NCBI RefSeq assembly: GCF_006345805.1
Contig: NC_043003.1
Location: 89,652,001-89,716,000, forward strand
Length of the DNA stretch: 64,000 nt
Source of the DNA: Octopus sinensis
Taxonomy: Eukaryota
Direction of reading: 5' to 3'
Under the pieces are notes generated by a model. It saw only the letters and a list, made by a program, of their open reading frames with translations, had not been told where the DNA came from and did no database searches. The stretch's first letter is position 1. Every line of letters begins with the position of its first letter. The position numbers and the translations under genes were made by a program. Positions 1 through 14,830 of this stretch are shown piece after piece.

Positions 1-1800
1 TGTGGTGATTGTTCACTGACCTTTGTTTTGTTGTACACTTGATCAACTGCTTTAATTTTGAACTTAAGAAACTATAAAACAATTATTAGCAAAATATATA
101 TTAAAAAAAAAATTTAATGTTCTAACAATTCTCTAAAAAAATAATTTTATTGAACTTTTAGTTCAGTGAGATGTTGGATATGTATTTTACAATTCTACTG
201 TACCTTAAAATTCATTTTCATCTTTCTCCCTTTTAACATTGTCTTTGTTTCCAATTTTTGAAAACAGAAAACTAAGAGATATTTAAGTGATTTGCAGAAT
301 AATGTGATCAAGTGAAATATAAGCTGACAACATTACTATTGACAGGATATGAGATACTCTGAAGTTTTAATTTAAAGCGACGACCACAAACGTTTCTTTT
401 TCTGTCTAAAAATCTGCCCAGTAAACTTATTGATCATGAATAGTCGCCTGGGTTAGAAAGAATAATTATTGAAACAGTCTTGACGAATACTGAATGTGCG
501 ATGAGCAATGTACATGAGTTTTTAATAAAATACATAAATCGCACCAAACAAATGCCGAAAATTCAATTAAAAGACTTTCGAGAGATATAAGAAAAATACT
601 TTTGTATAAAGTGTCAACTCAGAGATGACCAAGAATGCGAAATATTGCCGTAGAACGAGCAACTGGTGGAATTATCGCAAGAATTGGGAAGGAAATATTT
701 CAGAATCAAACACTGGGATTCTAAGGCGATCTAAAATCTACGGTCTAAATTTTCAAGGAACTTTTCTACAATAACAAGATATAATAAATGAGAAAAAAAA
801 CGGAAAAATTTTACAAAGTATAAACAAAATATTTTTAAACCAACAGAAGTGAATAACGAAGGTGTGTCTTTCCTACCAATCAAGCAACATATTATAAATA
901 CAATTTTGTATTTTTTGTTTCATTTAAAACTAGTCTGAATAATCAAGAAACTTGGGAAGAAATGAGAAGCCGTGGTGTTCAGAGTTCTCCTTACCAAAAT
1001 ATGTCAAAAAAATTGCCGTCCAGCACCGTCACGATCGTCTACAAACCATATTCTTCTCATGTGACTATCTTTTATAGGATTGTCGATAAGTGCTAGCAGG
1101 AGAAAAACTATAAAGAAAGAAAAAGAAAAGAAAACGGATGCAGGATCTAATCAGTGAAGGGACTATTTATTGAGGTCACAGTAAATTCTACGGAAGTATT
1201 TCGAAATGTAAATATGGATAACTAAATATATTAGTTAGAGACATAAACTGTAAGGTGACAGCTGATAGTTCTTAAAATAAATATCAAACAATCATTTTAT
1301 TTACTTACACAAAGTCAGATTTTAACAGTGTTGTTCATATGAAAATAGATGGTGTATTTACGCATGAATAATAACAGGATGTGTAAGATAGTTCCCTCCA
1401 AGAAATAGTGGTCAACATCTAAAGCCTGACTAGCAGATCTCTTACCACAAAAGGAAGGCTCCCTTTACTTCCCTTCTCGCATCAACAGTAACTGGGGTTT
1501 TAAACAGGGATAAAAATAACGTCAATATCCAGATCGATGAAAATATCAATAAATCACCCCCCCCCCGCAAACTGTAACTCTAATACTAACAATATATATA
1601 TATATATATATATATATTGTTAGTATATAAATATATTTATATATATTGTTGGTATATAAATGTATATATATATATATTGTTGGCATATATATATATATAT
1701 ATATATTGTTGACTTATGTAAAAAAATAAAAGTTTTTTACGGAAATCTGAGCTACGACATGCGAAACTTCGCCTAATATATATATATAATATATATATGT

Positions 1801-2025
1801 AGAGGCGCAATGGCCTAGTGGTTAGGGCAGCGGACTCGCGGTCGCAGGATCGCGGTTTCGATTCTCAGACTGGGCGTTGTGTGTGTTTATTGAGCGAAAA
1901 CACCTAAAAAAGCTCTACGAGGCTCCGGCAGGGGGTGGTGATCCCTGCTGTACTCATTCACCACAATGGCGGTGCCCCAGCATGGCCACAGCTCAAGAGC
2001 TGAAACTGGAAAAACAAAAACAAAC
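1801..2025 (+). mobile_element. tRNA-derived SINE
   Basis: A-box-like TGGCCTAGTGG and B-box-like GGTTTCGATTCTC in the head. Tail 1965-2010 is shared with the LINE 3' end at 40243-40288 and is followed by A-rich repeats. Confidence 0.85.
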
Positions 2026-2079
2026 AATATATATATATATATATAATATATATATATATATATAATATATATTATATAT

Positions 2080-2146
<67 letters not shown>

Positions 2147-2182
2147 CCAACAATATATATATATATATATATATGTATATAC

Positions 2183-2226
<44 letters not shown>

Positions 2227-2287
2227 CCAACAATATATATATATATATATATATTATATACCAACAATATTATAATATATATATGCC

Positions 2288-2330
<43 letters not shown>

Positions 2331-2610
2331 CTGCATGTATGTGTGTGTGTGTATGTATCTGTGTATGTGTGTGTATGTATGTATGTGTGTATGTATGTAT
2401 GGTCGATTCAGTGTAATTTTTTACTCGGTGTATGTGTATATGTATGTCTGCATGTATGTGTGTGTGTGTATGTATCTATGGTGTGTGTGTGTAAGTATGG
2501 TGTGTGGAGTATGTATGTATGTATGTGTGTGTGTGTATTATCTATGTGGTGTGTGTGTATGTATGTATGTGTGGCCGATTCATCGTAATTTTTTACTCGG
2601 TGTATGTGTA
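2026..2610. repeat. compound (TA)n/(TG)n/(TATG)n microsatellite with repeated CCAACAA units
   Basis: Direct reading. The YI/CV-repeat ORFs here are artefacts of the repeat. Confidence 0.95.
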
Positions 2611-2875
2611 TATGTATGTCTGTCTCTTCGCACACTAACAGAAGCACTTCACTTACACAACATACTGTCTGTCTCCCCACACCCATCAAACACACACAGG
2701 CCGACTTCAAAGAGAAACCTTCTCGTCGTAAAATCGCTTCCTCTTAGTCTCTTTCGCTCTCATTACTTATGTAAAAAAATAAAAGTTTTTTACGGAAATC
2801 GACGGAAATCTGTGCTACTACAACGAAACTATGCCCGGATGGCGAAGTTGCTACTACAACCGAAACTATGCCATA

Positions 2876-4000
<1,125 letters not shown>

Positions 4001-5446
4001 AAGTTTTCTCTTCCAAAATGTTTTGCATTAATAAACTTTGATTTAAGCATTTGGAAAGGAACCACTGGAAATTTTCGTTTCCATTCTCTCTTCTGGAGAA
4101 ACTAACAATTAAAATTTCCTATAAATTATTAGATTGTAAAGTATAAAACGATATTTTGGAAGAAAATATAAGACATTACTAGTTACAAAGTGAGGGATCA
4201 ATATTTAGGCTTCTGTTTAGATTCATAAATGTTCGATGCGAATGTATTTGAGGGTGGACCCAGGAAAAGCTAAGAGAATGATTAGCAATTAAGAAAATCC
4301 ATAAATAGTAATTGATTAACAAATAGACAGTGTTTCTTTAATGAGAAAAACGATGTGTATTTAGTCATAAAAAATTATTGAAAGTTGTCAAGAGAAACAG
4401 AGACATCGTCTCACGGCTTCATTTGTATTCTTTAAGAATTAGTTAATAGTTTGGTTTGTTAATAAATCTGCTCGGGTGAAAAACAAAAATGAAACCAACA
4501 AAATCTGAAATATACACTTTAATTGTTTCTAGATACAAATTAGCAGTCAGAAAGGAAATTCTGCGTAAAAAAAATTGCGTTAGGATATTCCAAAACTATA
4601 TGTAATGACTGTTGAAAACATTGTTGAGCATTGGACATAATTGTTATAACTGTGCGTGAAAGTAACTCACCAAGGTGCGACAGTATTCCGTGAAGTGTTG
4701 AAGTTAGCGGGCAAAGCAGGTAATGAAACATTACGATACATGTCGCCAACGAAAACTAAAACTATGGACACACTAAAGTGTTATAATAATCACATGTTTA
4801 TCAGATTTTATCTTGAAAAGCATTCTCTGTAGTTATTTATAGTGAAATGTGTCTGCACTTTTGTTGCTGATTCATTATTTCCTTTTAATTATCCTCTTTT
4901 TGTTACTAGTATATAAGTATTTTGTCGGACATTTATCTACTTTATCACAGAAACCCCTTCTTTCTCTTTTTCCCTCTCTTTGTTTCTTCCTCCCTTTCTC
5001 TTTTTTCTCCACTATCGGTCGATAAATTATGAAATATAATTATACATTATTATTCATTAGCCATAACTATTATTTGTAAATAGGGCATTTAAAAGTTATG
5101 TAGGTTCCAAACTTACCAATTTATGCCCATCTGAATACTTTTCACTCCACCTTTTTTATGGTTTATTCAGGGAAAAGATGTTACGCCCCTGACATTCAGA
5201 GGTCCCCTGGGACTTGTTAGATTGACGTAACTGGTTTTTATCTTAAACAACACACACACTAAATCGAGAATTTCCTTTGTATATTGTTTCATATGCCCTT
5301 CCCTATTCGTCTTTGCTGTTTCAACGCATGCCACAGGCCATTGAGTTATCTCTTAGCTCATCTTCGCTTTATGCATGCATGTGTGTATGTATTATGTATG
5401 TGTGTGTGTGTGTGTGTGTGTACATGAAATGCACATTTATTATATA

Positions 5447-6290
5447 CTAGCAGAATTGCCCGGCGTTGCTCGGGGCTGAATTGCTTGAAAGTACTGTTAA
5501 TGATTGCACTGAATTATGATGATTATTCAGGCAAATATTGATATAAGTTTACGGTGGGAGATAAGGACTTAACGATAAAACGTGTGCCATTGCATTGTTT
5601 TGGGGGAACCAAATTTCTGATGAGCATTATAGGGGCACCAACTTTAAGTTTGAGAAAGTTGTGTGGTGGTAGTCGGGGTGCTCAAAGGAATTGAGTACTT
5701 CTATTGGATAGTTGATGACGTCCTCTGGGTCAGGAGTTGTATCGATAGACTGATTATACATAGACTTCCCCAGGAATGAGTTTTAGCATTTCATCATTAA
5801 TATGGTGAACAGTTTTATTCCTCGGGGCCAGTATAGCCTTTTTGCCAATCCAATCCATATTCTGATAATTAGCTTGTAGATCTGGGAACACTGCATCTCT
5901 GAGATCAGAAGGCGTCTTAACAATGGTACAAATGGATCGATGGCAATATTACCATTTTCATCCCTGGTATTTTGCCTTCGCCAAGTGCAAGGAGGATGTG
6001 AGGAAATGCTGGTGATGTGATATTACGTCGCATATGAGCACGCATATTGGTGTGAAGTTTGAGAGTTACTTCCCTTATTTAAAAAAAATATGCATTAAAA
6101 TGAAAAAAAATGATGGTAAATTATTTGTAAAATCATAGACTCATCGTAGACGCGCGCTAATACCCAGAAGGGCTCGATATGAATCACGACTATAAGATAC
6201 CCGGTTTTGGTTAAACTGCATTGCAAAATGTGGGAGTAGTTAGGAATCTAAATCGGAGTAGACAGACACACAACCTTTCTTTTATATTAA
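5447..6290 (-). mobile_element. Helitron internal-deletion derivative with PIF1 helicase fragment
   Basis: 3' CTAG at 5447-5450 and hairpin CCCG-AGCAACGC-CGGG at 5459-5474. Minus-strand 6060-5530 translates with frameshifts to KLHTNMRAH..AILAPRNKTVHHIN..YPIEVLNS..LKLKVGAPIMLIRNL..CNGTR, which are RepHel helicase motifs. Confidence 0.88.
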
Positions 6291-7472
6291 TATTTTCGTC
6301 CTAAAAAACTTTGTATGGATTGAATGGAATATATACACGCACATTATACATACATCTGTGTGTATAGATGAATATATAAATACATTTAAATATCTATATA
6401 CACTTTTGGGCGATCTTTCTTTTTCTTAGAGATAACTTTAGATCTTATATTCGTCCTAAAAAACTTTGTATGGAGCGAAAGGTTACCTCTATGGAAATAT
6501 ATACACACACATTATACATACATCTGTGTATAGATGAATATATAAATACATTTAAATATCTATATACACTTTTGGGCGATCTTTCTGCTACTTGGATATA
6601 GGTCTTATATTCGTCGTAAAAAACTTTCCTGTCACACACTCACGCACACGCACACACACACACACACACGCATCCTCACACACACACGCACACACACACA
6701 CTCACACACACGCACACACACACGTTAGCTTACAATTTTATTTATATATTTGCGTGTCTATGTGTGTAAAGTGGAAGTGGGAATGTAGAGTGAAATAGTC
6801 ACTCACTACAGAAAGTGAATTAGTTTCATTTATTCGTTGCACATGTGTGGTGCGTGCGTTTGCGTGTGCTGTATCCCACACTAAGAGAAGCATTTGACTC
6901 ATACACCACAATGTAGTTTCTCTAAATTTTGCTTAATTGGGGTTGAAATTTAAAAAGTGGACCTGTCACGACCCGATGCATTCTACTCTTAAAAATGCTA
7001 GGTAAATTGTAATTGAAGAAATCCTATATTGTAGATTTCTATAAGATACAAAGGGAGGCAGATAAAATCTGCCTTTTATAATAAGAGATCCATTATGGTT
7101 GATCTTAATCGCTTTCACATTAAGGGTTCAACGAAGTATTAGGTAACAGTCCAATTAAGTAACTCTGCGCTCTAAACACACACACACACACACACTCACA
7201 CACATATACATAAGGTGTGTCTGTTGTTAGTTCGTGGGTCGGCTGCGTTTTAGGCATAAGAGAATATATTCTCAATGGCACCTGGTGTTAAAAGCAAGTC
7301 TCTTTTCGGATTGACAGACATCGATGCTTCGTCATTGTTGTCACTTTTCAATGCTACGGTACCAAACAAGGCCTGCTGGAAGCTATAGCGCCGACTGTGG
7401 CTATATGCTAATTGGTTTAAAAACCATCTGCTGTCTTGTCCCAACGTTTCATGCCACAGAAACAATTCAAAT

Positions 7473-7818
7473 ATGAATTAGAAGCAGCTCCAGGTATATA
7501 AACAAAATCAAACACACATACACAAGGTGTATGTTGTTAGTTCGTGGGTCGGCTGCGTTTTAGGCGAAAGAGAATATATTCTCAATGGCGCCTAGTGATA
7601 AAAACACCTGAAAGTAAGTCGTAAGAAAGCAAGAGTAAGTCATAGGCAGGTGAATTGTCTTGCTTGCCTATGACTTACTTTCAGGTGTTTTTAACACCAG
7701 GCGCGTTGAGAATATATTCTCTTACGCCTAAAACGCAGCCGACCCACGAACTAGCAACACACACCTTGTGTATGTGTGCTGGATCTTGTTTATATACCTC
7801 AACTTGCCTCTAATTCAT
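7473..7818. repeat. imperfect inverted repeat (~170-bp arms) plus a third direct copy at 7212-7292
   Basis: ttagttcgtgggtcggctgcgttttaggc at ~7537 and its reverse complement at ~7726. Central stem gtaagtcataggca/tgcctatgacttac. Confidence 0.85.
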
Positions 7819-7823
7819 GTGTG

Positions 7824-7869
<46 letters not shown>

Positions 7870-7871
7870 TG

Positions 7872-10800
7872 CTAACTGAATGGCCCGGCGTTGCCAGGGT
7901 TACTGCTGTTCTTATTCAGATTAGTAAACAATAAATATAAAGATATATTCTCAGAATTATTTCAAAATATCTATATTTTGTTCTTAAATATCTAAATTGT
8001 AGTGATAATAGAATTTAGAACTGAAAATCTGTCAATCTTGAAGCACCTCAGGGTAAACAATGTTCATCGTGTAATTTTTTGTTGATGTCCAAATGAATAA
8101 ATTGTTGCTGCTTCCAACTCACGAGCAAGCAACATGGAGTTGGCCATTGAAGAAGCATGTAGTAGAGAGATCAAGTGCAACTACCTTGAGGGACTGACCG
8201 TGAGATTTGTTCATTGAAATACCAAAACTTAGTTTGACTGGAAACTGCAATGTCTTAAATTCAAATGGAAATCTCTAAGTATGAGAGGAATTTTTGGAAT
8301 GAAGACATTTTCTCCTTTGTGACTACCTGTTATGATTGCTGCCTGGAGGACATGGGGCTTCATGGAAGTAACAATCAAGCGAGTTCCATTACACAGGTGA
8401 GATGGTTCAAGATTCCTAAGCAACATGATGGAAGCACCCAGTTTTAGTTTCATCCCAGTTTAGTGACATCCCAGTTTAAGTGTGTTCAGAAATTCAACGG
8501 GGTATTGAACAACCTGATCTTTATCGACTGTTAACTTTTGAAGAAGTTCACGATTGAGTTGATCAACCATTTCATTAGTTGGAGCTAGTGTGGCTCTTTC
8601 ACACAGCTAGTTTACATCAGTGTAATTGACAGATAAATTAGGAAATACTTTATCCATAAGATCCCTAAGAGAAAGTATAATTTGACTGCATGTAAATTCA
8701 TGTAGCTGAAGTCTTGAGTTGAATGTTAATATCACATTACCAATCTTAAGAAGCTCATATGATCACCCTGTACTTTGATGTTGCTTGTAAGATTAAGTTT
8801 TTTCACATGTCTCCAAAGGTACCATTTTTTGAAGCATGCATTGACCTCATCAGCACTGACCTCCTATGAGCGTGCTATTGTTTTTTATACCTTAGAGGGT
8901 ACGGTCAAGTACCTTTGGAGTTCTACGATGTGACAGTGCACCCATCCCAAACAACGAGGCAAGTTTGTTGGAGAACTATTGCCATTGCAGGGTTTTTGAA
9001 AATGCTGCACATTTGAGATTCTTTCATGGCAAGGTTTAGAGCTTCAAGATGGTATGAGCAGTTCTTCCTCCATTGAGGAGGGCAGCTGCAATACCAGAAG
9101 ATGCAACACTGGAAGACGGTTAGATTTTATTTCCTCCCATTTAGGATTGCAGGTGAAAGTGACAAAAAGAATTGGTTTTCCATATGTCATAGCATCTTGT
9201 GTTTGTTCGTGCATATATCAAGGACCACCTGTGAATTAATTATAATGGGAGGATTATAAGTTGCCCCATGTTTTGAATATCACCATCGGTCTTCAGAGCA
9301 TCTTGGAAATGAACATAATTTTTAACCCTTAACTTTTTTTGATTGTTACGAATGTAGAAGAGACGCTGACTCTCAATTTTAGCATACATACCAACCGGGT
9401 ATTGCTGAAATAGATCATGATACATGTGTAACTGATTTGATTGTTATGGTCTTAACATCAGTTGGTAAAAATAGAAGTCAATTGACATATTTTTGTTTGT
9501 AATTAGCTATCATGTTGCAGGTTCAGTCTGTGGAATATGGAAGTGATACCCATCTTGTCCATTCCACAAAATAAGAAGATACTGGAGAGCATCATAAGAG
9601 GGATGAGTTTCTGAAACACGTTTGAGGTTGTTATCTCGAGTACAAAAGAGAATATCACGATTTTCATAGGGATGGCTACTTCATTAGATGTGGACTCATT
9701 AAAACGACGTAAAATGTCCTTTACTATTGTTTACTAAAGACGTAAAAAATGCAGAAATACACACACACGCACACTCGCAGACACATAGACACTCGTAGAA
9801 TTGATATTGAAAACAGCAAAACATACACACACGAAGTTCAAGCGAAAGGAAATGTAGTCAATATAGTTGCAAAACATACTTTCTGTAGCATAGTTACGCT
9901 ATAAAAAATTTTTTAGGGAATATTTCCAAAAGAAATATTCTAGTGTCTTTATTTGGAACATGTACTAAGTGTTATAAAATTCAGGATTGAATGCCACAGT
10001 GAAGAAAATCAAGCTCCAAAAAAATTCAGAAGGCATAATTCAATTTTTCATACAAGAATAATTTATTATTTTACAATTTTTAAACGAACGCTGAACCAAA
10101 TGTGTAGAAAAGAATATGTTGCTGTTGTAAACGTTAATTAACTAAAAACATTTGCTGAAGGATGTTTAGAGCAAGACAAATTAAATTCGACATCACTTGC
10201 TATATATTTTAACTGTGTAAGGTTACATGCTGTAGACTAACGCAGTAAAAAGGTTGCGTGGCGTTGAATACTCACACTGACAAAGCAGTGTAGCAGGAAT
10301 ATGTTAAGGACGCTAGGACATTTTTAAAAATCACTATTTTCAAACTGGCTATAAGGACTGGAATAACATTTCTGCAATTATATTGAAAGAGCCGCTAAGG
10401 CTTTTTACTTCGCCAACTTTCCGAATTTGTTATAATAACCAGAATAATATTTCAGCACATAAGTAGTGATAATCGTTAATGCTGTTTAAACCGCAACTCT
10501 CCATGATGAAGAGGAAAATTCAAATAGGCGTAGGACTGGCTGTGTGGTAAGTAGCTTGCTTACCAACCACATGGTTCCGGGTTCAGTCCCACTGCGTGGC
10601 ACCTTGGGCAAGTGTCTTCTACTATAACCTCGGGCCGACCAAAGCCTTGTGAGTGAATTTGGTAGACGAAACTGAAAGAAGCCCGTCGTATATATGTATA
10701 TGTGTGTGTGTATATACGTTTATGTGTCTGTGTTTGTCACCCTACATCGCTTGATAACCGATGCTGGTGTGTTTACGTCTCCGTAACTTAGCGGTTCGGC

Positions 10801-11470
10801 AAAAGAAACCGATAGAATAAGTACTAGGCTTACAAAGTCCTGGGGTCGATTTTCTCGACTAAAGGCGGTGCTCCAGCATGACCACAGTCAAATGACTGAA
10901 ACAAGTAAGAGTAAAAAGAGTTGTACTTCAAAGTGAATGCTTTTCAACGTCCAAGCCGCAACTAAACTAAACTCTTTCAAAATCGATGCGTTTCAGTTAG
11001 GCAGTACAGTCACATACATATACTAAGATAGACACACAGAGACATACATTCACGCACACCTCAGGCCTATCTCTGACCCTCTGTATGTCTGTCTCTGCCT
11101 TTAGATGTGTGTGTGAGTCGTCACAAAAATGTATGTATACTGACAGACACATACACCCTTACATACGCACTTATACTTGTCAGTCATCGGCCTAACTTAC
11201 GTAACGAACGCGCGCATACACACACACACACACATAGTGACACATACACGCTCATATAGAAAACGTGACGTGGTAGTGGTGATGGTGGTGGCGGCGGTAG
11301 TATAAAATGTCGTTTACGATAGGTGACTTATACAAAAACAGTAACGTTAAATTTTTGCAACGCAAATATGTAAATGAAAATAAAGTTTATTTGGTAGCCG
11401 AAAGATTACTGAATCTTTTGATACCTGTTACGTTAAAATTAGCAATTCAATTTCCGAATCCATAAGGAAC
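7872..11470 (-). mobile_element. degenerate autonomous-type Helitron remnant (Rep N-terminal and PIF1 helicase fragments, long 5' leader)
   Basis: 3' hairpin with TTAG end at 7872. Helicase motifs KLKLGASIMLLRNL..LCNGTRLIV and SQGQSLKVV at 8030-9100. Rep motifs LFQQY..KIESQRLFYIRNNQKKLR (9240-9425) and SETHPSYDALQY (~9600). The leader 9730-11470 aligns with 48650-49800 on the opposite strand. Confidence 0.88.
10527..10920 (+). mobile_element. tRNA-derived SINE (second family) inserted in the Helitron leader
   Basis: TGGCTGTGTGG and GGTTCAGTCCC boxes, internal microsatellite, tail GGCGGTGCTCCAGCATG..CAGTC-AAAT-GACTG-AAAC. Confidence 0.88.
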
Positions 11471-11481
11471 ATGCGCGCTCA

Positions 11482-11525
<44 letters not shown>

Positions 11526-11599
11526 ACACACACACACACACGCACACACACAAAATCCTCCTTTACATATTAAGATACATATATATATATATATATACA

Positions 11600-11890
11600 C
11601 TAGCAGAGATACCCAGTGTTGCTCGGGATTAAAATGGCATAGTTTTTTTATTGTTTTACTTGTTTCAGGCATGTGACAACGGACATGCTGGAGCACCGCC
11701 TTTAGTTGAAGAAATCGATCCAAGGATTTATTCTTTGTGAGCCTAGTGCTTATTCTGTCAGAGTGTTTTGCCAAACGGCTAGGTTATGTGGGTGTAAACA
11801 CAGCAACATCGGTTGTCAAGTGATGGCAGGGGTACAAGCACAGACACACACACACACACGCGTGCATGCACGCACACACACATACACACA

Positions 11891-11930
<40 letters not shown>

Positions 11931-12074
11931 TATACATATATATATATATATATATATAATTTAAATATAGGATGAAATCTTTATAAGAATTTATCAAGTA
12001 GTTAGCGTGAAAAACCCCATAAGAGAAAAGTCCTCCAATTTATCTCTTAAATATATTTTTTTATATTATATAGA
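11600..12074 (-). mobile_element. non-autonomous Helitron carrying a SINE 3' half
   Basis: CTAG at 11600-11603 with hairpin 11612-11627, putative 5' TCTATATAATATAA at 12074, and a SINE tail at ~11650-11830. Confidence 0.65.
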
Positions 12075-12364
12075 GGGCATTACTATACATAAATGCCACA
12101 CGCTAGGAGGGACTCTTAAAGTCAAAACTACTAAAATAAATAAACACATTGTACCGAAAGTGAGGGAATGCAACTCTCGAAGCTAACAAATTAATAACAG
12201 AATTCAGCTGCAAATCACGTGATTTCACAATTAGTGCAGAAATGCACTCTTTAATCGTCAGAGCACGCATAATTCAAGATATATAATGAATGAACAAAAA
12301 TCAACATACCAGACGAACACCCAATGTATCCTGCATAGCATATAGAATTGTTCACCTCTTATTC

Positions 12365-14108
12365 CATGGCACGACTTCGCGAACGAAGATCAGGAAGGCT
12401 GTCCACGTCGCGTGCATGCACGCTCATGACTGACAAGTCCGATATGGGAAAGGCAGGTCCGTGAGCAGTGTCCACAGATGAAGGTAACATCCAGTATGGT
12501 GTGAGAGGCGGCTCGCACCTTCCTCCTGCGTCTCTTGTCTTTAAGTGCGTCTCTTCTTTGTTACTCAAACTTGCTGACTGCGTTGAAGATCGTGTGGTGC
12601 CAGACATCACGGTCCGCAGCCAGGTCTGACCAGCATTGGTGGTTAATATGACATGCTGTTAGAGACTTCTTGAAGCAGTCTTTGTAGCGCTTCCTCGGAG
12701 CTCCTCTCACTCGGTGGCCGGTGGAGAGTTCGCCAAACAAGGCAATCTTTGGAAGGCGATGGTTCTCCATTCTGGAGACATGCCCTGCCCATCGGAGGTG
12801 GTACTTCAGTAGCGTGGCTTCAATGCTGGGGATCTCGGCCCGCTCCAAGACTTCAATGTTTGTGACGAAGTCACTCCAGTGAATGTTGAGGATGGTGCGG
12901 AGACATCGCTGGTGGAAGCGCTCGAGGAGACGGATGTGACTGCGGTAAGTGATCCAGGTCTCTGAGCCGTAGAGAAGAGTGGTGAGAACCACGGCCCTGT
13001 AGACACTGATCTTTGTTTTGTTCTTCAGGCCACCATTGTGCCAAACACGTTTGTACAATCTGCCAAAGGACCTATTTGCCTTGGAGAGTCTATTGTCAAT
13101 TTCTTTGTCGATCCTTGCATCGGATGAGATGATGCAGCCCAGGTATTAAACTGCTGTATTGATTTCAGTTCGGTACCGCAGATAGTGATGTGGGGTGGGG
13201 GGTATTCCTCTTGGGGTGTAGGTTGGTGAAGTACCTCCGTCTTCTTGAGGCTAACCTCCAGGCTAAAGAGCCGCGAGGCGTTTGCAAAGCAGGACGTGAT
13301 GCGCTGCAGAGCTCGCTCTGTGTGGGCGACAAGGACAGCGTCGTCTGCGAAGAGAAGGTCTCGGATCAACCTCTCCTGAGTCTTGGTGTGGGCTTGGAGG
13401 CACCGTAGATTGAAGAGACCGCCATCCAGACGATACCTAATATACACCCCATCCTCATCCTCCATATCTTCAGTTGCATGCTTGATCATCATGCTGAAGA
13501 AGATGCTGAAGAGAGTCGGTGCCAGGACGCAACCCTTCTTCACGCCGTTGGAAATAGAGAAGGGCTCCGAGAGGTCAACATTGAGTCTGATCTGACCACG
13601 CTGATTCTCGTGCAGCTGGATCACCATCTGTAGAACCTTGGTGGGACAGCCAAGTCGTTCCAGGATGAGCCATAGTCCTGTCCTGCTCACTGTGTCAAAT
13701 GCTTTTGTAAGGTCGACGAAAGTAGCATAGAGTCCCCTATTTTGTTCTCGGCACTTCTCTTGGAGTTGGCGGAGAACGAACACCACATCCGTTGTGCCTC
13801 TGTTGGAGGTTTTCTTCAGTGATGGTTAGTACTAGCCTATTGAGCATGATCCTGGCAAGTAGTTTGCTGGCGATGGAGAGTAGGGTGATTCCCCGGTAGT
13901 TGGAGAAGTCAGACTTTTCACCCTTGTTCTTGTACAGGTTTATGATGACGGCGTCGCGAAGATCCTGTGGCAGCTTGCTCTGCTCCCAGCAGCAGACAAG
14001 AAAATCATGGAGCTTGTCATGGAGCATCGGACCTCCATTCTTCCAGATTTCTGGTGGGATGCCGTCAACTCCTGCTGCTTTGCGACTCTTGAGCTGTCCT
14101 ATGGCTTT
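12365..14108 (-). mobile_element. 5'-truncated RTE-clade (BovB-like) LINE, disrupted ORF
   Basis: ORFs 13737-14261 (3' part), 13025-13786 (FVDLTKAFD, LFADD) and 12561-13058 (LLYGSETW, LRWAGHV). A C-terminal CxxC..H finger lies in a shifted frame near 12480. Confidence 0.92.
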
Positions 14109-14830
14109 AAGGTAATTCAGATTATTTAGTTTATTAATATATTTATCTAAAATATATTTACTTAATTTCCCTAAATCTGATTTACTGGGGCATATGAATC
14201 TAACTTTAGGGTCCGAGTAAAAATTGTCTTTATGGTCCTTCAAAGTAATTCTAGGGTGCATTGGTGCATAAGGTTCTGTTTTATTGTCTTGTATTTTTTC
14301 TATGATTAACCTAGAAGCTTTATTAATATTATAAATGGTATTTTCCGGGACAATTTTATATTCATTTCCTTTTCTAAAAGGTTATCATATGATTATTTAT
14401 CTACTTATACAGGTTGCCAGTTTTACCTGATTGTACTGCGATTCCTTCAATATTACGTATTTCTTTTATTTTGGTTGCTAAATATCTTAAATATTCGTTG
14501 TGCCTGTTTGGGTATTTTTAAAATTTAATGTTTTTAAACACCTTCCAAATGTTGTCTTCCAAAGTCTGAATTTCCCTAATATATGGGGGGGGGTTCCCTT
14601 TTAGATTTTAATTTTGAGCTTATGTAATTGGTATCCTCCACATTTTTAATGTTGACAATATTACGATTATTATAGTGGACTATCCCTTTTATTCTATTAA
14701 TGAAATCCTTTATATTATTAATAAGTTTAAGAATATATTCCCTTTTCGACGGAATGGGGATGTCCCTCAATGATGAGTCCCAGATTAGTGACTCTATCTT
14801 ACCTATCTTTCCATAACAAACGAAAATTGA
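14109..14830 (-). mobile_element. Penelope-like element, N-terminal/RT fragment
   Basis: SLRDIPIPSKREYILKLI (14576-14770) and ITLKDHKDNF..PSKSDLGKLSKYILD (14261-14110) match motifs I recognise from Penelope-like ORFs. Confidence 0.75.

Noticed and set aside
300-1200. Hydrophobic minus-strand frames resembling a GPCR pseudogene (NTS, LALIDN, SNPGDY)
   Set aside because: There are many stops and frame changes and no convincing DRY or NPxxY motif. T-rich strands translate to F/L/I-rich text by chance.
1801-1880. tRNA gene
   Set aside because: It has A/B boxes but no complete cloverleaf, and it continues into a SINE body and LINE-derived tail. The same applies at 10527 and 16204.
6290-6620. ~155-bp tandem repeat (2+ units) as a possible second retrozyme
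   Set aside because: No ribozyme core was found on either strand. It was treated as an ordinary local tandem duplication.
12316-12340. 21-nt minus-strand micro-exon candidate CAG|..|GTATGT
   Set aside because: There is no supporting context, and it directly abuts an RTE 3' end.
14768-14800. TGATGAGTC..GACTC hairpin
   Set aside because: It lacks the initial C and the GAAA, and it is the antisense of Penelope coding sequence.
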